Below, one piece after another: positions 1 through 10,350 of a DNA stretch of 64,000 nucleotides (positions within the stretch are counted from its first letter, which is position 1; each line of letters starts with the position of its first letter). A program made the position numbers and the translations under genes. The notes below the pieces were generated by a model, which had not been told where the DNA came from, ran no database searches, and worked only from the letters and a program-made list of their open reading frames with translations. This stretch comes from Candidatus Moraniibacteriota bacterium (GTDB taxonomy: Bacteria > Patescibacteriota > Minisyncoccia > Moranbacterales > UBA1568): positions 502,321 to 566,320 of the forward strand of contig CAVURJ010000001.1 in the NCBI GenBank assembly GCA_963743885.1. Direction: 5' to 3'.

Positions 1-288
1 GATCCGAAACAGAAGATGGTCTTTTATCGTGGCAAGGGGTGCGAAGAATGCGGACAAGCGGGATATAAAGGGCGCATCGCCATCTATGAAGTCATAGGTA
101 TTGATGATGAGATGCGTGAAATCATATCGGATAAGCATGGAAATGATGCGGATGTACGTAGGGCGGCGGCCCATCAGGGCATGCTAACTCTCAAACAGGA
201 TGGAATCCTAAAGGCTCTTCAGGGTATCACGACGCTTTCTGAAGTGGAGCGTGTCACTGAGGGAAGGATCCTTGTGGATGAAGAGTGA
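1..288 (+). CDS. pilB: Type IV pilus assembly / type II secretion ATPase PilB/GspE, C-terminal fragment (5' end outside window)
   Basis: ORF runs from the window edge. It carries the C-terminal zinc-finger-like CEECGQAGYKGRIAIYEV and a GspE-type tail. It is followed by pilT and pilC. Confidence 0.7.
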   Translation, partial: DPKQKMVFYRGKGCEECGQAGYKGRIAIYEVIGIDDEMREIISDKHGNDADVRRAAAHQGMLTLKQDGILKALQGITTLSEVERVTEGRILVDEE

Positions 289-345
289 GGCATTTCTTTC
301 TGAAAGATGGTATAATCAGAGGGGTTCGGTTAAAGAAAGACAGAC

Positions 346-1425
346 ATGGAAACGTTGCATGCAGAACAGCGATTGAAGAATCTTCTTCTCCTCGTAGGAC
401 AGCAGAATGCTTCGGACCTGCACCTTGTTGTGGGGCGGTATCCGACGCTCCGTATTGATGGAAAATTGCATCCTGTTACGCAGGACAAGGTACTCACGCC
501 GGCTGATACCAAAGCCTTGTCGGATGCTATGCTGACTGATGATAAGAAGCAGGAGCTGCTTTCTGTTGGGCAGACAGATTTTTCATATAATTTTGAGGAT
601 CGTGTTCGGTTTCGTACGAATGTCTTCTTCCAGAAAGGGTATGTAAGCGTGACGATGCGCTTCGTAATGGATCGGTTGCGTAGTCTTGATGAGCTAGCAA
701 TACCGGCTTCACTTTATGGCTTCGCGGATTATTCGCAGGGGCTTGTGCTGATTACTGGGCCGGTCGGTCATGGCAAATCGACGACGCTTGCGGCTATCAT
801 CGACTATATCAACCATAACCAGGAGAAGCATATCATGACGATCGAAGACCCGATCGAATTTGTGTACAATCAGGATCGCTGTATCATCAATCAGCGCGAA
901 ATCGGCCGTGATGCCAAGAATTTTCCTGATGCGCTCCGGGCTGTCTTTCGCGAGGATGCGAATGTCGTGCTTCTCGGTGAGCTCCGCGATCTGGAGACGA
1001 TCAGTACGGCGATGACGGCAGCGGAAACCGGCCATCTTATCTTTGCGACGCTTCATACCAATGACAGCTCTCAAACTATCGATCGCATCATAGACGTCTT
1101 TCCGGCGCATCAGCAGAATCAGATTCGCGCGCAGCTTGCGAGCGTGCTGCTCGGAGTTATTTCGCAGCGCCTTCTGCCGCGGACGGGCGGAGGCCGCGTT
1201 CCGGCGGTTGAGATCATGTTCAAGAACCATGCTGTCGAGAACCTCATCCGCGAGAACAAGGTGCACCAGCTTGATTCCGTCATCGAGACGAGTCTCAAGG
1301 ATGGCATGATTTCTCTCGATAGGGCACTTGCCGATCTTGTCCGTCGCGGCGTAATCGCCGTGAACGATGCGCTGACCTATGCGAAAAACAGGGATTATCT
1401 CAGGATGCTTATCGAAAAGTCGTAA
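346..1425 (+). CDS. pilT: Twitching motility ATPase PilT (type IV pilus retraction)
   Basis: 359 aa. Walker A GPVGHGKSTTLAAIIDYIN, Asp box and His box typical of PilT/PilU. RBS-like sequence upstream. Confidence 0.85.
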   Translation: METLHAEQRLKNLLLLVGQQNASDLHLVVGRYPTLRIDGKLHPVTQDKVLTPADTKALSDAMLTDDKKQELLSVGQTDFSYNFEDRVRFRTNVFFQKGYVSVTMRFVMDRLRSLDELAIPASLYGFADYSQGLVLITGPVGHGKSTTLAAIIDYINHNQEKHIMTIEDPIEFVYNQDRCIINQREIGRDAKNFPDALRAVFREDANVVLLGELRDLETISTAMTAAETGHLIFATLHTNDSSQTIDRIIDVFPAHQQNQIRAQLASVLLGVISQRLLPRTGGGRVPAVEIMFKNHAVENLIRENKVHQLDSVIETSLKDGMISLDRALADLVRRGVIAVNDALTYAKNRDYLRMLIEKS

Positions 1426-1541
1426 TAAGGGCGGTAGGCGTTATTGAAAGACAGGTGGTGAGAGATGAGGGGGCCGAGTAATAATAAATTTCGGGGTTCG
1501 GTAGTTTCTGGAAACCAGATCGCCGGTTCCCGGTATCGGAT

Positions 1542-2747
1542 ATGAAATTCAACTTCAAAGCGAAAGACAACAACGGGGCTGAACGAGAGGGTATCGTTGA
1601 GGCGCTGGATTGGACGTTTGCGGCCCAGATCCTTGAGAAGAACGGGCTTACCCCGATTTCTATCTATGAAGAAAAATCTTCGTTTAGCGTGGCTGGGTTG
1701 GAGCGGATATGGGAAGGGGTGAGCCAGAAAGAGCTCATGACATTCTTTCAGCAGATAGCGACGCTAATCGAAGCGCGCGTTCCCATCGTATCTTCGCTGA
1801 ATACTGTTTGTGAGCAGATGACTAACCGGTATTTCCGCATTATCATCAAGGAAGTGAGTGATAACGTAGAAGATGGTATGTCGTTTTCTGAGGCACTTGA
1901 GCGCCACCCGGATGTCTTTTCGTCGCTGACGATCAGTATGATTCGTGCTGGTGAGGTGTCTGGCAGTCTACAGAAGTCGATTGCATATGTGGCTGAGAAT
2001 ATCGAGAAGAACTATCAGCTTATGTCGCGTATCCGCGGAGCGCTCTATTATCCGGCATTCGTTTTGTCGGCAGCAGCTATAGTCGGATTTCTCGTGGTCA
2101 CGTTCATCTTGCCAAAGATAACTGTCATCATCAAGGACATGAATGTGGAGGTGCCGTGGTACACGACCGCGCTCATTTCCGTCGGCGATTTCATGGAAGC
2201 CTATTGGCCGGCGGTTTTGATGGTTGTCTTTGCTGTTATCGGCGCGTTTGTTTATTATATCCGAACTGACTCAGGGAAAAAGGAATGGGAGGTTATTGTG
2301 CTCAAGCTGCCAGTAATCGGGGTGTTGGCGAAGGATATCTATGTGACGAGGATGGCAGAAAATCTGAGTGCTCTCCTTAATGGAGGGATCCCGGTAGTGC
2401 GAGCGCTTGATATCGTGAGCGAAGTTGTCGGGAATCAGGTATTTGCCGGTATTATCATGAAAGCGGCTGAAGAGGTGAAATCTGGTGGTACGATGAGTAC
2501 GGTATTCGTCAGATATCAGCAGATTCCACCGATCGTTTCGCAGATGATCCGTATCGGTGAAGAGACCGGCTCGTTGTCGAAAGTGCTTGGGAGTGTTTCG
2601 AAGTTCTACAATCAGGAAGTCGACAATATGACGCGGGCGTTGACCTCACTCCTCGAGCCGTTTCTGATCGTGCTTCTAGGCATTGGTGTCGGTATCATGG
2701 TAGTCGGTGTGTTGTTGCCGATCTATAATATCGCTGGACAGATGTAG
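1542..2747 (+). CDS. pilC: Type IV pilus assembly platform protein PilC/GspF
   Basis: 401 aa. Duplicated GspF-type cytoplasmic domains with three TM segments. Typical position between pilT and the pilin genes. Confidence 0.85.
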   Translation: MKFNFKAKDNNGAEREGIVEALDWTFAAQILEKNGLTPISIYEEKSSFSVAGLERIWEGVSQKELMTFFQQIATLIEARVPIVSSLNTVCEQMTNRYFRIIIKEVSDNVEDGMSFSEALERHPDVFSSLTISMIRAGEVSGSLQKSIAYVAENIEKNYQLMSRIRGALYYPAFVLSAAAIVGFLVVTFILPKITVIIKDMNVEVPWYTTALISVGDFMEAYWPAVLMVVFAVIGAFVYYIRTDSGKKEWEVIVLKLPVIGVLAKDIYVTRMAENLSALLNGGIPVVRALDIVSEVVGNQVFAGIIMKAAEEVKSGGTMSTVFVRYQQIPPIVSQMIRIGEETGSLSKVLGSVSKFYNQEVDNMTRALTSLLEPFLIVLLGIGVGIMVVGVLLPIYNIAGQM

Positions 2748-2784
2748 AATGTAGACTGGTAGCTGTCGGATAGACAGAACTATG

Positions 2785-2800
2785 GCAATGGTTGTATAAT
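2785..2800 (+). promoter_or_regulatory. Putative extended -10 promoter (TTGTATAAT) for the pilin array
   Basis: ggTTGTATAATg lies about 70 nt upstream of pilin 1. Similar TTGTGGTATA(A/C)T motifs precede pilin 4 (4417) and the small ORF at 44585. Confidence 0.35.
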
Positions 2801-2868
2801 GAAATTGGAAATCGGACAGGGTTTACTCCTGTCAACATAAAAATAAACACGAAAGGAGGTGAGAAGTT

Positions 2869-3285
2869 ATGAATAAATCATTCAAGGGTTTCACCCTCAT
2901 CGAACTCCTGATCGTCATCGCGATCATCGGCATTCTCGCCTCTATCGTGCTTGTCTCTCTTTCGAGCGCGCGTGAGAAGGCGAAGATTGCTGCGTTCAAA
3001 GCGCAGGTGCATTCGATGCAGGCTGCAGCTGTGTTGGCGTGCGATAGTGCCGTCTTGACTGCTGCGATACCGGGTGTCCCGGCGGGCGGTTTTGTCAACG
3101 CATATGCTGCGGGCGATATCCTTACCGGAACAGCAGCAACGGATTGTGGAACGACCGGAACGGGCAACTTTGATATTCAGTTGGAATCTGTCGAGATCGG
3201 CTCTTCAGCAGCTGCGACAGCGTGTGAAACAGCGAACATGACGCATGTTACTCCGACAGGAGCTACGTTCCCTGCAGGTTGCTAG
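2869..3285 (+). CDS. Type IV major pilin (prepilin with class III signal), copy 1
   Basis: Leader MNKSFKG followed by FTLIELLIVIAIIGILASIVLVSLSS (Gly at -1, Phe at +1, Glu at +5). Strong RBS aaaggaggtgagaagtt. C-terminus ends TFPAGC. 138 aa. Confidence 0.85.
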   Translation: MNKSFKGFTLIELLIVIAIIGILASIVLVSLSSAREKAKIAAFKAQVHSMQAAAVLACDSAVLTAAIPGVPAGGFVNAYAAGDILTGTAATDCGTTGTGNFDIQLESVEIGSSAAATACETANMTHVTPTGATFPAGC

Positions 3286-3373
3286 TGAGAGATGATAATC
3301 TTTTTGCCTGCTAATCTCTCTGTTGGCAGGCAGAATGGGTTATCATCGAGGCTTGATTAAGTAAAGGACTATT

Positions 3374-3796
3374 ATGTTGTATAACAAGATACAAAGGGGT
3401 TTCACCCTCATCGAACTCCTGATCGTCATCGCGATCATCGGCATTCTCGCCTCTATCGTGCTTGTCTCTCTTTCGAGCGCGCGTGAGAAGGCGAAGATTG
3501 CTGCGTTCAAAGCGCAGGTGCATTCGATGCAGGCTGCAGCTGTGTTGGCGTGCGATAGTGCCGTCTTGACTGCTGCGATACCGGGTGTCCCGGCGGGCGG
3601 TTTTGTCAACGCATATGCTGCGGGCGATATCCTTACCGGAACAGCAGCAACGGATTGTGGGGTGGTCGGGACAGGTAATTTCAATATTCAGTTGGAATCT
3701 GTCGAGATCGGCTCTTCAGCAGCTGCGACAGCGTGTGAAACAGCGAACATGACGCATGTTACTCCGACAGGAGCTACGTTCCCTGCAGGTTGCTAG
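3374..3796 (+). CDS. Type IV major pilin, copy 2 (near-identical tandem duplicate of copy 1)
   Basis: Leader MLYNKIQRG | FTLIELL. The mature region differs from copy 1 at only a few residues (DCGVVGTGNFNIQ vs DCGTTGTGNFDIQ). The flanking non-coding sequence is also duplicated. Confidence 0.85.
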   Translation: MLYNKIQRGFTLIELLIVIAIIGILASIVLVSLSSAREKAKIAAFKAQVHSMQAAAVLACDSAVLTAAIPGVPAGGFVNAYAAGDILTGTAATDCGVVGTGNFNIQLESVEIGSSAAATACETANMTHVTPTGATFPAGC

Positions 3797-3884
3797 TGAG
3801 AGATGATAATCTTTTTGCCTGCTAATCTCTCTGTTGGCAGGCAGAATGGGTTATCATCGAGGCTTGATTAAGTAAAGGACTATT

Positions 3885-4304
3885 ATGTTGTATAACAAGA
3901 TACAAAGGGGTTTCACCCTCATCGAACTCCTGATCGTCATCGCGATCATCGGCATTCTCGCCTCTATCGTGCTTGTCTCTCTTTCGAGCGCGCGTGAGAA
4001 GGCGAAGATCGCGTCGTTCAAGGCACAGGTACATTCGATACAATCAAGTGCTATCATGTATTGTGACGATGCAGCGGTGGCGACGGCGTCCGATCTTATG
4101 ACAGCGATCGATACTGGGAACGGCGGGGCGTTGCCAACGGGGGTGGCATGGAATGTAGCTTCCGGTGAAGCAGCGGATTGCGGGTCGGCGGGTAGCGGGA
4201 CATTCGTTCTCTATCTTGATCCGACAATACTTGCACCAGGAGCATGCACTGTTTCAGCGACATCGATCGATCCGACAGGGGTGACATTTCCTGCTGGTTG
4301 CTAG
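3885..4304 (+). CDS. Type IV major pilin, copy 3 (divergent C-terminal domain)
   Basis: Leader and first ~45 mature residues identical to copy 2. The C-terminal half diverges but keeps the terminal TFPAGC and the internal Cys. Confidence 0.85.
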   Translation: MLYNKIQRGFTLIELLIVIAIIGILASIVLVSLSSAREKAKIASFKAQVHSIQSSAIMYCDDAAVATASDLMTAIDTGNGGALPTGVAWNVASGEAADCGSAGSGTFVLYLDPTILAPGACTVSATSIDPTGVTFPAGC

Positions 4305-4340
4305 ATGTTGATGGAAGAGGTTTTCTGACAAGTCATGATA

Positions 4341-4371
4341 ACGAGCGAGTCGTATCCTCGCTCGTTTTTTT
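4341..4371 (+). terminator. Intrinsic terminator after pilin copy 3
   Basis: acgagcgag-tcgtatc-ctcgctcgt hairpin followed by TTTTTTT. Confidence 0.6.
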
Positions 4372-4462
4372 GAATGTAAAGAATGGAAAGGAAAATTATG
4401 TCGTATCCTTACTTTGTGGTATACTTGCTGGGAAAGGAAAAAATCAAAGCATATACGAAGAT

Positions 4463-4861
4463 ATGGAAACGAGAGGATTGAAAAGATCAGCGCGAGGTTT
4501 CACTCTCATCGAACTCCTGATCGTCATCGCGATCATCGGCATTCTCGCCTCTATCGTGCTTGTCTCTCTTTCGAGCGCGCGTGAGAAGGCGAAGATCGCG
4601 TCGTTCAAGGCGGTGGTGCATTCGATGCAGACGAAAGCGATCGAAGCCTGTGATAGCGGTACGATCGACTATACCGATGTGACCGGGTCTTTTGGAACGT
4701 ATCCGGTTGACATAAATCCTGCCGGTATTACGGATGGCGGTCAGGATTGCGGACCTTTGGCGGGGAATACGTTTAGCGTCAATGTCCAATCAGCTAACCT
4801 CTCATTCATGTGCACCGCGACGCTTCAGGAGACCGGCATCACGAATTTTGCCGGGTGTTGA
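4463..4861 (+). CDS. Type IV major pilin, copy 4 (own promoter, most divergent)
   Basis: Leader METRGLKRSARG | FTLIELLIVIAIIGILASIVLVSLSSAREKAKIASFKA. Ends NFAGC. Preceded by a TTGTGGTATACT promoter-like motif. The listed ORF 4244 starts upstream of the terminator, so 4463 is the likely start. Confidence 0.8.
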   Translation: METRGLKRSARGFTLIELLIVIAIIGILASIVLVSLSSAREKAKIASFKAVVHSMQTKAIEACDSGTIDYTDVTGSFGTYPVDINPAGITDGGQDCGPLAGNTFSVNVQSANLSFMCTATLQETGITNFAGC

Positions 4862-4899
4862 GATGACTGTCTTTTTCGGATAGAATCTAGAGATCATTT

Positions 4900-5739
4900 T
4901 TGGTTCTGTCGTTTATGACCCTGACTTTTACAGTGATTTTTTTTGTTCTTGGACTCATCATCGGGAGTTTTCTCAATGTGGTGGTCTATCGGCTGAAGGA
5001 TGCGGAGACATTGCTTGGGCGCTCCGTTTGCCGTCATTGTCGCCATCAGATCCGTTGGTACGACAATATTCCAGTTTTTTCGTTTCTTTTGTTGCGAGGT
5101 CGTTGTCGTGATTGTAGAGCCGAGATTTCTTGGCAATATCCGGCTGTAGAACTGATGACGGGCATAAGCTTTGTCTTGATGGGGGTGTATTTCTTTTCGT
5201 TTGAGGATACCGCTTCTTGGGTCGAAACAGCATGGCTGCTTTCCGTCGTGAGTTGCTGTATCGTCGTTGCAGCATATGATATCCGGCACATGGAAATCCC
5301 ATTGATACCGCTCGCTATAATCGCTTTGTTGACGATTCTTTTTTTTGCTTACGAACTCCGTTTCGGTGGATCGTTTTTTTGGAGCCGTCTTTGGCTCGGA
5401 ATAGCTGGAGCTGCTGTTGTCGGAGGATTCTTCTTTGCTCTCGTTTATGCATCCCATGAAACGTGGATGGGATGGGGTGATGTCTGGTTGGGGTGTTTGG
5501 CAGGATTGGTTGTCGGACTTCCAGCCGTACTCTTTATGTTGACAGTCTCTTTCGCGTCTGGGAGCGCCGTCGGTATCGCTGGTATGTATGCGCAAGGAAA
5601 GGGATTGAAGAGCCAGATGCCATTCGGTCCGTTTCTTGTTATCGGGATGATTGTAACTATTCTTTTTCCGGAACTTTTCCCTGGGTACGCATCGCTTTTC
5701 ATGCTTTCGGCTTCTGGTTGGATGCCGCTGTTCGGATGA
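4900..5739 (+). CDS. pilD: Prepilin peptidase PilD (A24 family, N-methyltransferase)
   Basis: 279 aa polytopic membrane protein. N-terminal Zn-binding CRHCRH...CRDC tetracysteine. Conserved Asp-containing motifs typical of the GspO/PilD family. Confidence 0.85.
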   Translation: MVLSFMTLTFTVIFFVLGLIIGSFLNVVVYRLKDAETLLGRSVCRHCRHQIRWYDNIPVFSFLLLRGRCRDCRAEISWQYPAVELMTGISFVLMGVYFFSFEDTASWVETAWLLSVVSCCIVVAAYDIRHMEIPLIPLAIIALLTILFFAYELRFGGSFFWSRLWLGIAGAAVVGGFFFALVYASHETWMGWGDVWLGCLAGLVVGLPAVLFMLTVSFASGSAVGIAGMYAQGKGLKSQMPFGPFLVIGMIVTILFPELFPGYASLFMLSASGWMPLFG

Positions 5740-5863
5740 TAAAAAACAAGGGATGAATATGGGAAGAAACGTAAAAATAGCGGATGCAGCAAGGTCTAGT
5801 ATGTCTGTATATCAGAAGTGGGTGGGTATCTGTTTGTCTAGGCGAAAAAAAGGAGAGGGTAGT

Positions 5864-6352
5864 ATGTCCGGATTCACGTTGATTGAGGTTGTCATAGTGA
5901 TTGCTATTGTCGGCATAAGCTCGGGTATCATTTTGGCAAGCATGACGAGCAGTCAGAGAGTGGAGCGTGAGACTGAGACAGCAGCTAGAAAATTCGCAGC
6001 TCTTGTCCGTGAAGCCCAGAACGATGCGTTGACTGGCAAGCAGCTTGTAGCATCGACAGACCCCTGCTATTACCAGATCGGATGGGGGGGAGGGGCGTAC
6101 TCTTTTCAGTATGCGTCGAGGAATATTGCCACAGGGGTATGTGCAGCACCTATTGTCATCGCATCGTATACCTTGGAGCGCGGGGTAGGCTTCAGCACAG
6201 CCGGTTCATTCTCGTTTTCTGTCCCGCATGGGAAGACGGATTTTTCCGTGGGCAGCATGGCCGTGGTTTTTTCGAAAAGCGGACATAGCCATACGGTGTG
6301 TGCGTATCCGACAGGGCGGATTATCGATCTTGTAGGCGCAATATGTCCATAA
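5864..6352 (+). CDS. Minor pilin / pseudopilin (prepilin-type N-terminal cleavage/methylation domain)
   Basis: MSG | FTLIEVVIVIAIVGISSGIILA with Glu at +5. RBS aaaggagagggt. The listed ORF 5753 has an unlikely 37-aa N-extension. Confidence 0.7.
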   Translation: MSGFTLIEVVIVIAIVGISSGIILASMTSSQRVERETETAARKFAALVREAQNDALTGKQLVASTDPCYYQIGWGGGAYSFQYASRNIATGVCAAPIVIASYTLERGVGFSTAGSFSFSVPHGKTDFSVGSMAVVFSKSGHSHTVCAYPTGRIIDLVGAICP

Positions 6353-6357
6353 AGACT

Positions 6358-6954
6358 ATGTATCAAAAAGTCGTCGGTGCTTTTCAGAGGCAGAAGATAT
6401 ACATGCCTGTGGTTTTTGGTTTTTCCATAGGAGAGGTATTGTTGGCCTCGTTCGTCTTGACGACTGGCCTGCTTTCTGTCGCCGCGCTCATATCCTCGAG
6501 TTATCAGCAGTCGTTGCTTGGAAGGAATGCTATCATTGCGACTGAGCTTGCCCAGGAGGGCGTCGAACTCGTTAGAAATGTTCGGGATAACAATATCGCT
6601 TCTGACCCGTCGAATCCATTTGATGGATTTCCGATTGGCGGATTGCGACATTGCCGGATGAGCTATGATGATTTGGTTCTTGATTGTTCGAATGCAGCTC
6701 ATTCGGCAGCTCTTGATCCGTCGCGTTATGTACTCGAATATACGGTTGCGGGAGTGTATAAGCACACTGGTGCGCTAGGCGCTTTTTATCGCTATATCTT
6801 TATCGATTATAATGGGACAGATAGTGCGATGATACGGAGTTTTGCGTTTCAGGATCCAGCGTTGTATAGTCCGCCAGTTACGGGTGACGCTTCAGGATGT
6901 AACACTGCTAATAAGTGCGCGTATACGGAAGTCGTTCTGACGGATTGGAAATAG
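6358..6954 (+). CDS. Minor pilin-like protein with non-canonical prepilin N-terminus
   Basis: ...MPVVFG | FSIGEVLLASFVLTTGLLSVAAL, with Gly-Phe and Glu at +5. The start is ambiguous among 6343, 6358 and 6403. It overlaps the end of the upstream gene. Confidence 0.5.
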   Translation: MYQKVVGAFQRQKIYMPVVFGFSIGEVLLASFVLTTGLLSVAALISSSYQQSLLGRNAIIATELAQEGVELVRNVRDNNIASDPSNPFDGFPIGGLRHCRMSYDDLVLDCSNAAHSAALDPSRYVLEYTVAGVYKHTGALGAFYRYIFIDYNGTDSAMIRSFAFQDPALYSPPVTGDASGCNTANKCAYTEVVLTDWK

Positions 6955-7086
6955 ATATAGACTATGCAAAAGAAGCGTTTTATGGATAGGATTGATCGTA
7001 AGTTACAGGCGCAGGCGTGCGGGACGATTCCTCAGGAGAGAGGCTCAAGGGCTGTTGCAGCTGTATCGCTATTGCGGCGAGGGCAT

Positions 7087-7623
7087 ATGTTCGGGTTCAC
7101 TCTCATAGAGGTGATGGTGGCCATGTTTATCTTTCTTGTGCTTATGACGGCCGCGTCAGCTGTTTTTTCTGGGGCCATATTTGGTTACCGAAATGCCAGG
7201 GCCGTACAGAGAGATACTGAGAATGTTCAGTATGCGCTTAATGCCATGGCGAAGGAACTTCGAACAAGCTCTATCGTCGATTCAAGCTCCGTATTTGTAC
7301 GGTTTTATGATTATTCTCAAGAAGCCTGCATTTTATATAGGATTTCTGGGGGGAATCTTGAGGCAAGTAGGGTTTCACCAGCTGCGCCATCGACACTTTC
7401 TGTTGCTCAGAAGATTGCATTTTGTCAAGCAGCTATTCTTCCGGCGGCAGAGATAGTGAGTACGGGGGTAGTTACGGGTGTTTTTATTGTTATCTCGTCA
7501 AGTGCTACACCAGTGTCCGTTGGGAAAGTGACTGCATCCATACAGATAGCAGAAGGGCCGAAACATATCGCTCGGCTTCAGACGACGGTTTCGTTGCGTG
7601 ATTATGGTTTTACTGGCTTGTAG
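7087..7623 (+). CDS. Minor pilin / pseudopilin (PilW/GspJ-like)
   Basis: MFG | FTLIEVMVAMFIFLVLMTAASAVF. The ORF is open from 6964. The true start is uncertain between 6964 and 7087. Confidence 0.55.
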   Translation: MFGFTLIEVMVAMFIFLVLMTAASAVFSGAIFGYRNARAVQRDTENVQYALNAMAKELRTSSIVDSSSVFVRFYDYSQEACILYRISGGNLEASRVSPAAPSTLSVAQKIAFCQAAILPAAEIVSTGVVTGVFIVISSSATPVSVGKVTASIQIAEGPKHIARLQTTVSLRDYGFTGL

Positions 7624-7645
7624 GAGGTATCGTTTTGGATGTTGA

Positions 7646-9808
<2,163 letters not shown>

Positions 9809-9933
9809 AATCCAAAATTCAAAATCTCAATTTCCAAATAAATCCCAATATCAAAACTCAAAACTTAGGATTTGGACATTTGAATTTTGAATTTATTTGG
9901 AGCTTGTAATTTTGGGTTTGAGATTTACAGAGT
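9809..9933. repeat. AT-rich imperfect-palindromic intergenic element, copy A
   Basis: aaatccaaaattcaaaatctcaatttccaaataaat...atttatttggagcttgtaatttt. The left and right halves are reverse complements (ccaaataaat/atttatttgg, aatctcaa/ttgagatt). About 95% identical to copy B. Confidence 0.6.
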
Positions 9934-10221
9934 ATGCTCTCGAAGGAAGAGGTAAAAAATATTGCTCATCTCGCCCGCATCGGTGTGACTGAGGAAGAGA
10001 CGGAAAAGTACCGGAAGGATCTTTCTGCTGTGCTTGATTTTTTTCAGGAGCTCCAGTCACTCGATACGGAAGGTATCGAGCCGATCGGCCATATCACTGG
10101 AAGAGTGAGCGAGGCGCGCGAGGACGGGACGGATGATTTTGGCGTGTCGGGCAAGGAAGCGATCAGAAAGAATTTCCCGGAGAGTAAGGATGGGTTTTTG
10201 AAGGTAAAATCAGTATTCTAA
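9934..10221 (+). CDS. gatC: Asp-tRNA(Asn)/Glu-tRNA(Gln) amidotransferase subunit C
   Basis: 95 aa, MLSKEEVKNIAHLARIGVTEEE. GatC family, lying between ligA and gatA. Confidence 0.85.
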   Translation: MLSKEEVKNIAHLARIGVTEEETEKYRKDLSAVLDFFQELQSLDTEGIEPIGHITGRVSEAREDGTDDFGVSGKEAIRKNFPESKDGFLKVKSVF

Positions 10222-10350
10222 GAAATCCAAAATTCAAAATCTCAATTTCCAAATAAATCCCAATATCAAAACTCAAAACTTAGGATTTGGACATTTGTAT
10301 TTTGAATTTATTTGGAGCTTGTAATTTTGGATTTTGAATTTAACGAAGAT
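10222..10350. repeat. AT-rich imperfect-palindromic intergenic element, copy B
   Basis: Near-identical to 9809-9933. It extends to the gatA start, and the listed ORF 10312 begins inside it. Confidence 0.6.

Noticed and set aside
709-1307. Minus-strand ORFs 709..1266 and 1119..1307 within pilT
   Set aside because: They are antisense to PilT, which has clear Walker motifs, and have no independent support.
2869-4304. CRISPR-like array suggested by the regular ~510-bp periodicity
   Set aside because: The repeats are whole protein-coding pilin genes with their promoters and RBS, not 25-50-bp repeats with unique spacers.
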